This document shows, in pieces, positions 1 to 11,153 of a stretch of DNA of 20,824 nt (the first letter of the stretch is position 1; every line of letters begins with the position of its first letter). A model generated the notes under the pieces. The model did no database searches, was not told where the DNA came from, and worked only from the letters and a program-made list of their open reading frames with translations. The translations under genes and the position numbers were made by a program. The stretch spans positions 1 through 20,824 of the forward strand of contig JANOQV010000069.1 of NCBI GenBank assembly GCA_031414955.1, given 5' to 3'. This DNA is from Pedosphaera sp. Its GTDB lineage: Bacteria > Verrucomicrobiota > Verrucomicrobiia > Limisphaerales > SIBH01.

Positions 1-216
1 GGCCGGGGCTTGGGCGCGGGACTGGGTTGACTTGGGGGCGATGCTTTTTTCATGTGACGACACGACAGCCATGTTCTTGTTTTTGCCGGTCGAGGAACCG
101 TGACCACCTCACTTTAAGAACAGTGTCAAGATGCACCCGGCGCAGTTCACGGGAGGAGTTGAAGCTGGACAAGGCAAAACTGTTTGCTCAACGTGCCGAA
201 GAACAACAGCACGCAC

Positions 217-1257
217 ATGATCTCTTCCGAAGAATTGCTCAAGCCCGTTTCTGAAGCGCAGCCCTGTGGGGAAGACCTTTACTACGATCCCGCCTTTCAG
301 GAGTTGGAGTCACTGTTGCGGGGCAAACCGGAAACGCAATTTTCCCAGGCCGAGGAGCCGGATTGGAAGCTCTTGCTCAAGCGGTGTCTGGAGCTTTCCG
401 CGCGTTCCAAGGATTTGCGGGTCGCCGCCGCCCTTTGTGTGGCGGCTTTGAAAACGGAAGGTTTGCCGGCTTTAAGCGAGGCGTTGAGCTTCCTGGCCGG
501 TTTGGTCGAGAGCAACTGGGAACAGCTTTATCCCAGGCTGGATCCGGACGACAGCAACGATCCGCTACAGCGAGTGAACATCATCGGCGGACTATCCGCC
601 TCTCTGGGCACGGATGGCGACCCGGTCAAGATGTTGCAGCGGTTACGGGCCACGCCATTGTCGAACTCGGCCCGCATGGGACGATTTAGTTTGAACGATC
701 TGGTGTTGAGTCAGCCGGGCGCGGTGGCGCCAGAAGGTGTGACTCCCCCAAACTCTGCCCAGGTCGAAGCGGCCTTCCGGGACACCGGCCCGGAGCATCT
801 GGCGACGGTAGAACGTGCCGTGGCTGACTCCATCGGCTGTCTCAAGCGGATCGATGAATTTCTTTCCCGGACCATCGGTGCGGACAAGTCGCCAAATCTC
901 GCGGCTTTGCTTGCCCAGTTTCAGGAAATGCAAAAGTTCCTTGCGCCGCATCTCCCGGCCGGGGCTGACGCTACGCTTGAGTCTGAAGATTCAGAATCGC
1001 CGCCTTCAAATGGATCTGCGCCGGCCCGTTCGTCAACTCCCGGCCAGATTGAATCGCGCGAGGATGTCATTCGGATGCTGGATCGTCTCTGCGATTACTA
1101 TGCGCGTCGCGAGCCTTCCAGCCCTGTCCCCCACGTCCTTAAACGCGCCAAGCGGTTGGCTCAGATGGATTTCATGCAGATCGCCCAGGATCTTTCTCCT
1201 GAAGCCGTCGCGCAATTGCGCGTCATTTTCGGGGAGAAGGATGAATCCGCCTCGTGA
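217..1257 (+). CDS. tssA: T6SS protein TssA (ImpA_N domain, short TssA1-type)
   Basis: N-terminal 'LLKPVSEAQPCGEDLYYDPAF..LE', 'PDW..L...C.EL..RSKDLRV', 'WEQLYPRLD'; C-terminal 'IESREDVIRMLDRLCDYYARREPSSPVP..LKRAKRL'. ATG 217 preferred over TTG 184 because the family motif begins immediately after it. Confidence 0.95.
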   Translation: MISSEELLKPVSEAQPCGEDLYYDPAFQELESLLRGKPETQFSQAEEPDWKLLLKRCLELSARSKDLRVAAALCVAALKTEGLPALSEALSFLAGLVESNWEQLYPRLDPDDSNDPLQRVNIIGGLSASLGTDGDPVKMLQRLRATPLSNSARMGRFSLNDLVLSQPGAVAPEGVTPPNSAQVEAAFRDTGPEHLATVERAVADSIGCLKRIDEFLSRTIGADKSPNLAALLAQFQEMQKFLAPHLPAGADATLESEDSESPPSNGSAPARSSTPGQIESREDVIRMLDRLCDYYARREPSSPVPHVLKRAKRLAQMDFMQIAQDLSPEAVAQLRVIFGEKDESAS

Positions 1258-1375
1258 TTTGAATGCGGTTGGCAAGAAATTCCATTGACAGCCTGAGCGT
1301 GGTTTCATAACAGCTAGAGCCGACAGCAACGCATCTCAAACTAAATTGAGTTAACTCGCCAAACCAACTGTTCAT

Positions 1376-1885
1376 ATGGCCAAATCAAGCAGTCAAAAAT
1401 TCATCGCCCGAAACCGTGCACCCCGCGTGCAAATCGAATATGATGTCGAGCTGTACGGTGCGGAGAAGAAGGTTGAACTCCCTTTCGTCATGGGCGTCAT
1501 GGCGGATCTCTCGGGCAAACCTGCCGATCCCCTGGCTCCGGTCGCGGATCGAAAAGCGCTTGAAATCGACATCGACAATTTTGATGAACGGCTCAAAGCC
1601 TCCAAACCTCGGGTCGCCTTTCAGGTTCCCAACACTCTGACGGGTGAGGGCAACATGAACGTCGAAATGACCTTCCAAAGCATGGATGACTTTTCCCCGG
1701 CTGCGGTGGCTCGCAAGGTCGATTCGCTCAATAAGTTGCTGACTGCCCGCACCGAGTTGGCCAATTTGCTCACTTACATGGATGGCAAGAGCGGAGCGGA
1801 AGAGACGGTGGCCAAGATGTTGAACGATCCCGCTCTCTTGCAATCGCTCGCCGCCGCGCCCAAACCTCAACCCCCCACCTCCTGA
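1376..1885 (+). CDS. tssB: T6SS contractile sheath small subunit TssB (VipA)
   Basis: 'SSQKFIARNRAPRVQIEYDVELYGAEKKVELPFVMGVMADLSG', 'IDIDNFDER', 'DDFSPAAVA..V..L..LL.AR..L..L..YMDGK'. Confidence 0.98.
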   Translation: MAKSSSQKFIARNRAPRVQIEYDVELYGAEKKVELPFVMGVMADLSGKPADPLAPVADRKALEIDIDNFDERLKASKPRVAFQVPNTLTGEGNMNVEMTFQSMDDFSPAAVARKVDSLNKLLTARTELANLLTYMDGKSGAEETVAKMLNDPALLQSLAAAPKPQPPTS

Positions 1886-1888
1886 TTT

Positions 1889-3376
1889 ATGAACCCCGAA
1901 GCCCAAGCCCAAGCCGGCGGTGCCGCACCGTCCATTGAACTGAATGAATTCGAGTCCCTGCTGAACAAGGAGTTCAAAGCCAAGGATTCCAGCCGGCAGA
2001 CTGCGGTGCAGACCGCCGTCCGCACCTTGGCCGAGCAGGCCTTGGCCGCTACGGCCTTGGTTTCAGATGATGCGGTCAAATCCATCAATGCCATCATTGC
2101 TGAAATCGACAAAAAACTTTCCGAACAGCTCAACCTCATTATCCACCATGAGGATTTTAAGAAGCTCGAGGGAACCTGGCGCGGCCTGCATCATTTGGTG
2201 AGCAATACCGAGACGGACGAGACGCTCAAGATTCGCGTGCTTAACATTTCCAAGAAGGAGATTGGCAGCACTTTTAAGAAATTCGCCGGTGCCGCTTGGG
2301 ATCAGAGTCCGCTCTTCAAGAAATTGTACGAGGAAGAATTCGGCATGCCTGGTGGTCAACCTTATGGGGCCATCATCGGCGACTACAATTTCGATCATTC
2401 AGCGCCGGACGTGGAGATACTCAAAGGAATGGCGCAGATCGCCGCCGCCGCCCACGCCCCATTCATCACGGCCTCGGCTCCAACACTGTTCGGCATGGAA
2501 AGCTGGCAGGAATTAAGCAACCCGCGTGACTTGACGAAGATTTTCCAATCCCCCGAATACGCCCCTTGGCGATCGCTGCGCGACTCCGATGACGCCAAGT
2601 ACCTTGGCCTGACCATGCCGCGATTTCTTTCTCGTACCCCCTACGGTGCCACGACCAACCCGGTGGACGAGTTTGCCTTCGAGGAGGACACCGAGGGCGC
2701 GGACCACAACAAGTATGTCTGGTCCAACGCGGCTTACGCCATGGGGACCAACATCACTCGTTCGTTCAAGCTCTATGGCTGGTGCGCGCGCATTCGCGGA
2801 GCGGAGAGCGGCGGCATGTTGGAGAGCTTGCCCTGCCACACCTTCCCCACGGATGACGGTGGCGTGGATATGAAATGCCCCACCGAGATCGCCATCACGG
2901 ATCGTCGTGAAGCCGAGTTGGCCAAGAATGGCATGATGCCGCTCTCGCATTGGAAGAATACGGATTACGCCGTCTTCGTGGGCGCACAATCACTTCAGAA
3001 ACCCGCTGTCTACGATGATCCGGATGCGACGGCCAATGCCAATCTGGCGGCTCGGATGCCGTATCTTTTCGCTACCTGCCGTTTTGCCCACTATCTCAAA
3101 ACTATCGTGCGTGACAAGATTGGTTCCTTCAAAGAACGCGATGATATGCAGCAATGGCTGAACAACTGGATTAAGAATTACGTCGTCGCGGGAAACGCTT
3201 CCGAAATCGAAAAGGCTCGCCGTCCTCTGGCCGCGGCTGAAGTGGTGGTAGAAGAGGTGCCTGGCAATCCGGGCTATTATTCCTCCAAGTTCTTCCTGCG
3301 TCCTCACTACCAGTTGGAGGGTCTCACGATTTCCTTGCGTCTGGTTTCGAAGTTGCCTTCCGCGAAAAGCGGCTAG
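1889..3376 (+). CDS. tssC: T6SS contractile sheath large subunit TssC (VipB)
   Basis: 'IDKKLSEQLNLIIHHEDFKKLEGTWRGL', 'DQSPLFKKLYEEEFG.PGG.PYG', 'KCPTEIAITDRREAEL', 'RFAHYLK..VRDKIGSF', 'LRPHYQLEGL..SLRLV'. Starts 3 nt after tssB. Confidence 0.98.
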   Translation: MNPEAQAQAGGAAPSIELNEFESLLNKEFKAKDSSRQTAVQTAVRTLAEQALAATALVSDDAVKSINAIIAEIDKKLSEQLNLIIHHEDFKKLEGTWRGLHHLVSNTETDETLKIRVLNISKKEIGSTFKKFAGAAWDQSPLFKKLYEEEFGMPGGQPYGAIIGDYNFDHSAPDVEILKGMAQIAAAAHAPFITASAPTLFGMESWQELSNPRDLTKIFQSPEYAPWRSLRDSDDAKYLGLTMPRFLSRTPYGATTNPVDEFAFEEDTEGADHNKYVWSNAAYAMGTNITRSFKLYGWCARIRGAESGGMLESLPCHTFPTDDGGVDMKCPTEIAITDRREAELAKNGMMPLSHWKNTDYAVFVGAQSLQKPAVYDDPDATANANLAARMPYLFATCRFAHYLKTIVRDKIGSFKERDDMQQWLNNWIKNYVVAGNASEIEKARRPLAAAEVVVEEVPGNPGYYSSKFFLRPHYQLEGLTISLRLVSKLPSAKSG

Positions 3377-3481
3377 GTTCGAGTTTAATCTGATGGGCCT
3401 GCGTCCCGTGCTCTCGCAGGTTTGTTAGACCGTTAATCAAACACAAAGCGGCACGGAGCGTTAGAAAGCGAAAGGAACAAT

Positions 3482-3964
3482 ATGGCAGTGGACATGTTTA
3501 TCAAGATTGGCAAGGTCGGTGGTGAATCCAAAGATAAGACGCATGCGGGCGAGATTGACGTTCTCGCCTGGTCGTGGGGAATGTCGCAATCCGGTTCGAT
3601 GCATGTCGGCGGCGGTGGCGGCGCCGGCAAGGTCAATATACAGGATCTGAGTTTCACCAAATGGTTGGATGCCTCCAGCACCGAACTGATGAAAGCCTGC
3701 TGCGCTGGCACTCACATTGATCAGGCCTTGCTAATCGTTCGCAAGGCCGGGGACAAGCCGCTGGAATATCTGAAGATCAAGCTGACCAACGTGCTAATTG
3801 GTTCGGTGTCCACTGGTGGTTCCGGTGGCGAAGACCGGCTTACCGAAAACGTCACGCTCAACTTTGAGAAAGTGAACATCGAGTACAACACTCAGAACGA
3901 GAAGGGTGGCGTGGACAAGCCCTTCCTGGTGGGTTGGAACGCCTCGACCAACGAACCGGCCTAG
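3482..3964 (+). CDS. hcp: T6SS tube protein Hcp (TssD), Hcp1-like
   Basis: 'MAVDMFIKIG.V.GESKDKTH..EIDVLAWSWGMSQSGSMH.GGGGGAGKVN.QDLSFTK' and 'SVSTGGSGGEDRLTENVTLNF' match P. aeruginosa Hcp1 as recalled. SD-like AAAGGA at 3471-3476. Confidence 0.98.
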   Translation: MAVDMFIKIGKVGGESKDKTHAGEIDVLAWSWGMSQSGSMHVGGGGGAGKVNIQDLSFTKWLDASSTELMKACCAGTHIDQALLIVRKAGDKPLEYLKIKLTNVLIGSVSTGGSGGEDRLTENVTLNFEKVNIEYNTQNEKGGVDKPFLVGWNASTNEPA

Positions 3965-3976
3965 TTCGATTTGACA

Positions 3977-4000
3977 GCCTGCCCCGGTGCCGGGGCAGGC
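3977..4000 (+). other. GC-rich stem-loop directly after hcp (mRNA-stabilising or attenuating; no U-tract)
   Basis: GCCTGCCCCGG (3977-3987) is the exact reverse complement of CCGGGGCAGGC (3990-4000). It is followed by CTCCCCATTGC, not poly-T. Confidence 0.7.
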
Positions 4001-4011
4001 CTCCCCATTGC

Positions 4012-4803
4012 ATGACCGCCGAGGACTATCTCCGGGCTGGTCGTCTTGCTGACTGCCGCCAGTCGCTCCAGCAGGCGATCCGAAGCAACGCTGCAGATCC
4101 TAAGTTGCGGGTTTTTCTCTTTCAGTTGCTTTGCGTCACCGGGGAATGGGAGCGGGCTCTGAATCAACTCCAAGTCCTGGCCAGTCTTGGTCCGGAGACC
4201 CTGATGTTGGCGCGGGTTTTCGAGCCGGTGCTTCAATGCGAGATGCTTCGGGCCAAGGTCTTCGCCGGTCGGCACACCCCGATAATTTTCGGTGAACCGC
4301 AGGAGTGGATGGGTCAGCTTATTCAGGCCAATGAACTGACCGCTCAGGGGAAACTCGCCGCCGCCCAAACTTTGCGTGATCAGGCTTTCGAGGCTGCGCC
4401 GGCCTCGGCGGGCCAGATCGATCAAAAGCCTTTTGCCTGGATCGCCGACGCCGACATGCGGCTCGGTCCGATGCTCGAAGTCATCATGGAAGGGCACTAT
4501 TACTGGGTGCCATTTTGTCGGATCCGGCGGCTCCATCTTGAGCCTCCAACCGACTTGCGAGATCTAGTCTGGGCTCCGGCGCAGTTCGTCTGGAGCAATG
4601 GCGGCGAGGCTTCAGGCCACATCCCCGCCCGCTATCCGCTGACCGAACAGTCCCCTGATGACCTGCTGCGGTTGTCGCGCAAAACGGACTGGATGGACCG
4701 TGATGGGCTGGTCACTGGTTTGGGGCAGCGCATCTTTGCTACGGACGAGACCGAGTATCCAATGCTGTCCTGTCGCACCCTCGATCTAGGGGAAGCCTCG
4801 TGA
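4012..4803 (+). CDS. tagJ: T6SS accessory protein TagJ (ImpE/SciE/HsiE family)
   Basis: 'LQQAIRSNAADPKLRVFLFQLLCVTGEWERALNQL', 'FAWIADADMRLGP.LE....G.YYWVPF', 'PTDLRDLVWAPA', 'IPARYP', 'GLGQR'. ATG 4012 preferred over TTG 3934, which lies inside hcp. Confidence 0.95.
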   Translation: MTAEDYLRAGRLADCRQSLQQAIRSNAADPKLRVFLFQLLCVTGEWERALNQLQVLASLGPETLMLARVFEPVLQCEMLRAKVFAGRHTPIIFGEPQEWMGQLIQANELTAQGKLAAAQTLRDQAFEAAPASAGQIDQKPFAWIADADMRLGPMLEVIMEGHYYWVPFCRIRRLHLEPPTDLRDLVWAPAQFVWSNGGEASGHIPARYPLTEQSPDDLLRLSRKTDWMDRDGLVTGLGQRIFATDETEYPMLSCRTLDLGEAS

Positions 4804-4825
4804 ACTTATTTCCCCTCGTCGGTCT

Positions 4826-5326
4826 ATGGCTGAACTGACCCCTTCCGAGCGGCTTCAGCCCTGCCTGCTGGATCGTCTGACCGACGATGAGCCGGATCAA
4901 AAGGAGGAGAGCCGCAACCAGCGCGTCGTCTCCTTGCCCAAGTACAAGCGCGGGGTTTTGCGCGATCTCGAATGGCTCTTCAACGCCAGTGCTCATCTGC
5001 CGGAGGAGGGCGGGCAGAAATTTCACCTCGCCGATTTTCCCGAGGCCCATCGTTCCGTGCTCAACTTTGGCACGCGCCACTTGTGCGGCCTGATCGCTCC
5101 CGACATGGAAGAATTGCAGCGGCAGATCAGCACCGCCTTGCAGTTGTTTGAGCCGCGTCTTCTGCGCCATACTCTGGAGGTCAAAGCGACCATTGATCGA
5201 CACATGGTGGGCTTTGCCTTGCATGCCGAGTTGTGGGCCAATCCGATGTCGGAGAAACTGTTCCTCAAGACCAGCATCGATCTGGAGACCGGCCAGTGCC
5301 TGCTGGGGGATGGAACCAATGGATGA
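4826..5326 (+). CDS. tssE: T6SS baseplate subunit TssE (gp25-like)
   Basis: 'ERLQPCLLDRLTDDEP', 'VLRDLEWLFN', 'SVLNFG', 'FEPRL', 'IDLETG'. Confidence 0.95.
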   Translation: MAELTPSERLQPCLLDRLTDDEPDQKEESRNQRVVSLPKYKRGVLRDLEWLFNASAHLPEEGGQKFHLADFPEAHRSVLNFGTRHLCGLIAPDMEELQRQISTALQLFEPRLLRHTLEVKATIDRHMVGFALHAELWANPMSEKLFLKTSIDLETGQCLLGDGTNG

Positions 5327-7193
5327 GCGGCTCGTAGAGCATTACAACACTGAACTGCGACATCTGCGCGAGATGTCTGCCGAGTTCGCGCGCGAGTTCC
5401 CAAAGATTGCCGGACGCCTTTCCCTCGACAAGGAAGCCAAGGAAATCTGCCCGGACCCCTACGTTGAACGATTGCTCGAAGGCTTCGCCTACCTCGCCGC
5501 CCGTGTTCACCTGAAGCTCGATGCGGAATTTCCACGTTTCACTCAGGCGCTGCTCGAAACTGTTTATCCGCATTACCTCGCGCCCATTCCTTCCATGGCC
5601 ATCGTGCGCTTTGATCCTGAGGAGCAGGACAGCGGGTTGGCCACCGGAGTGAATGTCCCGCGAGACACCATCCTGCGCAGCAACCTGGGCAAGGGCGACC
5701 GCACCGCCTGCACTTTTCGCACCGCGCATAACGTGCGGCTCCTTCCGATTAAGATTACGGAAGTCACCTATTTCACCCGCGATGTCGCGTCGCTGAAATT
5801 GCCCGAAGGCGTGGCGGCCCGCGCGGCTATCCGCATCCGGCTTCAGGCCACGGCCGGTCTGACCTTTGACAAGATCAAGCTCGACCCGCTGACGTTTTAC
5901 CTGCGCGGGGCGGACGAGTTTCCGGCCAGCATCTACGAGCAGATTTTCGCGCATAAGACCGGGCTGGTCATCCAGTCTGCCGCTGCTCCGCGCGAGACGT
6001 ACGGCGTCGGCCCCGCCTCTTGCATCCAGCGCGTAGGCTTCGGCAATGAGGAGGCGCTGCTGCCGGTCAGCCCCTGTACTTTCGAGGGCTACCGCTTGCT
6101 CCGGGAATACTTCGCTTTTCCGCAACGGTTTCTTTTCTTTCAACTGGCCGGGTTTGCCGAGGCGCTGACCCGTTGCAAGGCCAGTCAGATTGATCTCGTC
6201 ATCACGCTCGACGAGCAGGATACGCGGCTCGAGAACCGGCTGGATGCCACAAACTTCGAACTGTTCTGCACCCCGGCCATCAACCTCTTCCGCAAGACCC
6301 TCGACCGCATCAACCTTTCGGATCGCTTCTCTGAGTTTCACGTCGTCCCCGACCGGAATCGCCCGCTTGATTTTGAGGTTTATGAAATCAAGTCGGTGAC
6401 CGGCTTTGGCATGCTGGCCGGCCAGGAGCAGGAATTCCGCCCCTTCTACCTGGCTAAGGACGCCGACATCGCCACCGGCGCGTTCTTTACCACCAACAGG
6501 GTGCCCCGCGTGCTCACGGCCAAGGAGAAACAGTTCGGCAAGGAATCCTCCTACTCTGGCACCGAGGTTTTTCTCTCGCTGGTGGACGCCACCGCCTCGC
6601 CCTACAAGACCGACCTGCGACAGTTGGGACTCGAAGCCTTTTGCACCAACCGCCATCTGCCGAATTTCATGCCGCTGGCCATCGGTCGGAGCGATTTCTC
6701 CGTCGAGGCCAGCGCCCCGATTACCGGGGTGCGTTGTCTGGGCGATCCGACCAAGCCCCAACCTTCTCTGGCCGAGGGCCGGTTCGCGTGGCGGCTCATC
6801 AGCCATCTTTCCCTCAACTACCTGTCCCTGCTCGACTCGGACACCGGCGAGGGGGCCGTGGCTTTGCGGGAAATTCTCAAGCTTTACTCGGACTCGAACG
6901 ACCGCCAGATCGCGCGGCAGATTGAAGGGTTGCGCACCGCGCGTGTCGCGCCCGTCCTGCGCCGAGTCCAGACTCCGGGACCCATCACCTTTGCCCGCGG
7001 GTTGCAGGTGGAAATCAAGTTTGACGAGGCCGCCTTCGAGGGCACCGGCGTCTTCATTCTGGGCGCGGTGCTCGAACAGTTTTTTGCCAAGTACGTTTCG
7101 CTCAATTCATTCACGGAGACCGTGATCGTGTCACAACAACGCGGGGAGATCATGCGATGGCCGGCGCAACTGGGACGGAGACAAATCATTTGA
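5319..7193 (+). CDS. tssF: T6SS baseplate subunit TssF
   Basis: 'YNTELRHLREMSAEFAREFPKIAGRL', 'DPYVERLLEGFAYLAARVHLKLDAEFPRFT', 'GYRLLREYFAFPQRFLF', 'CTPAINLF', 'WRLISHLSLNYLSL', 'YVSLNSFTE'. ATG 5319 overlaps the tssE stop. Confidence 0.97.
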   Translation: MDERLVEHYNTELRHLREMSAEFAREFPKIAGRLSLDKEAKEICPDPYVERLLEGFAYLAARVHLKLDAEFPRFTQALLETVYPHYLAPIPSMAIVRFDPEEQDSGLATGVNVPRDTILRSNLGKGDRTACTFRTAHNVRLLPIKITEVTYFTRDVASLKLPEGVAARAAIRIRLQATAGLTFDKIKLDPLTFYLRGADEFPASIYEQIFAHKTGLVIQSAAAPRETYGVGPASCIQRVGFGNEEALLPVSPCTFEGYRLLREYFAFPQRFLFFQLAGFAEALTRCKASQIDLVITLDEQDTRLENRLDATNFELFCTPAINLFRKTLDRINLSDRFSEFHVVPDRNRPLDFEVYEIKSVTGFGMLAGQEQEFRPFYLAKDADIATGAFFTTNRVPRVLTAKEKQFGKESSYSGTEVFLSLVDATASPYKTDLRQLGLEAFCTNRHLPNFMPLAIGRSDFSVEASAPITGVRCLGDPTKPQPSLAEGRFAWRLISHLSLNYLSLLDSDTGEGAVALREILKLYSDSNDRQIARQIEGLRTARVAPVLRRVQTPGPITFARGLQVEIKFDEAAFEGTGVFILGAVLEQFFAKYVSLNSFTETVIVSQQRGEIMRWPAQLGRRQII

Positions 7194-8173
7194 TGGGCCG
7201 GCTCCAGGGCGAGCCGTTCTCCTTCGACTTCTTTCGCGCTGTGCGGCTCCTGCAAGCCGCGCGGCGTGATCTGCCGCCCGTGGGCTACTCGCTTTCTCCG
7301 CGGCAGGATCCGCTGCGTTTCGTGCAGAATCCATCCCTGGCTTTCGCGCCCTCCACCATCGAGTCCGTCACCGCCGATCCGGCGGGTTTGCCGAAGATGG
7401 CTTTGCGGTTCTTCGGGCTGTTCGGTCCGCAGGGGCCGTTGCCGCCGCACTTGACCGACTACGCCCGGGAGCGGAAGCACAATCACGGCGATCCGACTTT
7501 CGTGGCTTTCGCCAACATTTTCCATCATCGCCTGGCCTCCTTCTTTTTCCGCGCCTGGTCGGACAGTCAAAAGGCCGTGGACATGGATCGGGAGCAAGGG
7601 CGTCGATTTCCCATTTATCTCGGCAGCCTCTTTGGCATTGGACTTGAATCGTTGCAGGGACGCGATGCGGTGCCGGACCTGGCCAAGATTTTTTTTGCCG
7701 GACGCCTCGCCTGTCCCACCCGGAACGCCGAGGGATTGGAAGCCATTCTCCAGGCCTTCTTTGAGATCCCCACTCGGCTGGAGACTTTCGTCGGGCATTG
7801 GATCGATCTGCCTCCCGAGAGCCGCTGCCGGCTGGGAGCTTCGCCCGAGACTGGCTGCCTCGGTCTCACCAGCATTGTCGGCTCGAAGATGTGGGATTGT
7901 CAGATGAAGTTCAGCATCCGCGTCGGCCCCATGTCGCTGTCCGACTACCATCGGATGCTCCCGGATGGCGAAGCCTTCCAGCGCCTGCAGAAGTGGGTGC
8001 TCAACTATGTCGGCCATGAGTTCCTGTTCGACCTCCAACTCGTGCTGAAGAAAGAGGAGGTGCCCGAAATCAAGCTCGGCACCAGCGGCAAGCTTGGCTG
8101 GACCACCTGGCTAAAGTCCGGCCCCCTGGCCCAGGACGCAGACAATCTGGTGGTCAGCGGTTCGAGAAATTGA
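7157..8173 (+). CDS. tssG: T6SS baseplate subunit TssG
   Basis: 'PFSFDFFRAVRLL', 'Q.PSLAFAPS.I', 'FFGLFGPQGPLP.HLT', 'F..IFHHRL..FFFRAW', 'LG.TTWL'. The short overlap with the tssF end is usual for this gene pair. Confidence 0.96.
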   Translation: MAGATGTETNHLMGRLQGEPFSFDFFRAVRLLQAARRDLPPVGYSLSPRQDPLRFVQNPSLAFAPSTIESVTADPAGLPKMALRFFGLFGPQGPLPPHLTDYARERKHNHGDPTFVAFANIFHHRLASFFFRAWSDSQKAVDMDREQGRRFPIYLGSLFGIGLESLQGRDAVPDLAKIFFAGRLACPTRNAEGLEAILQAFFEIPTRLETFVGHWIDLPPESRCRLGASPETGCLGLTSIVGSKMWDCQMKFSIRVGPMSLSDYHRMLPDGEAFQRLQKWVLNYVGHEFLFDLQLVLKKEEVPEIKLGTSGKLGWTTWLKSGPLAQDADNLVVSGSRN

Positions 8174-8230
8174 GCGTTGCCCTCCTGCTTTCCATTGATT
8201 ACCAACCCCTAAACTAAACACCTCTCAATT

Positions 8231-10951
<2,721 letters not shown>

Positions 10952-11153
10952 GCCCGAACTTCAAGATCCAACTGTGCCGCGCCAGCGGGCCAGACCGCCT
11001 TCCGATTGACTGGAGATCGCTCCAGGTGCGTCTTGAGGAAGTGTGTTCGTTCGGTTGCGGGTCGGACGGTTTGGAGAGTCTGCCCAAACGGATCGCTCGG
11101 CCCGGTGCCGGACTTGCGTTGTCCGGTGGCCATGTCTTCTACTCCGCGCCAAC

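Noticed and set aside
171..188. Sigma-54-like element AAGGCAAAACTGTTTGCT upstream of tssA
   Set aside because: GG-to-GC spacing is 11 nt; sigma-54 requires 10.
3451..3477. Two ANGGA motifs in the hcp leader as CsrA/RsmA sites
   Set aside because: Too short to support, one is simply the SD, none is evident in the tssA leader, and the presence of csrA in the host is unknown.
5265..8038. Long antisense ORFs (513 aa and 384 aa) over tssF/tssG
   Set aside because: Shadow frames of confidently identified sense genes; no independent coding signal.
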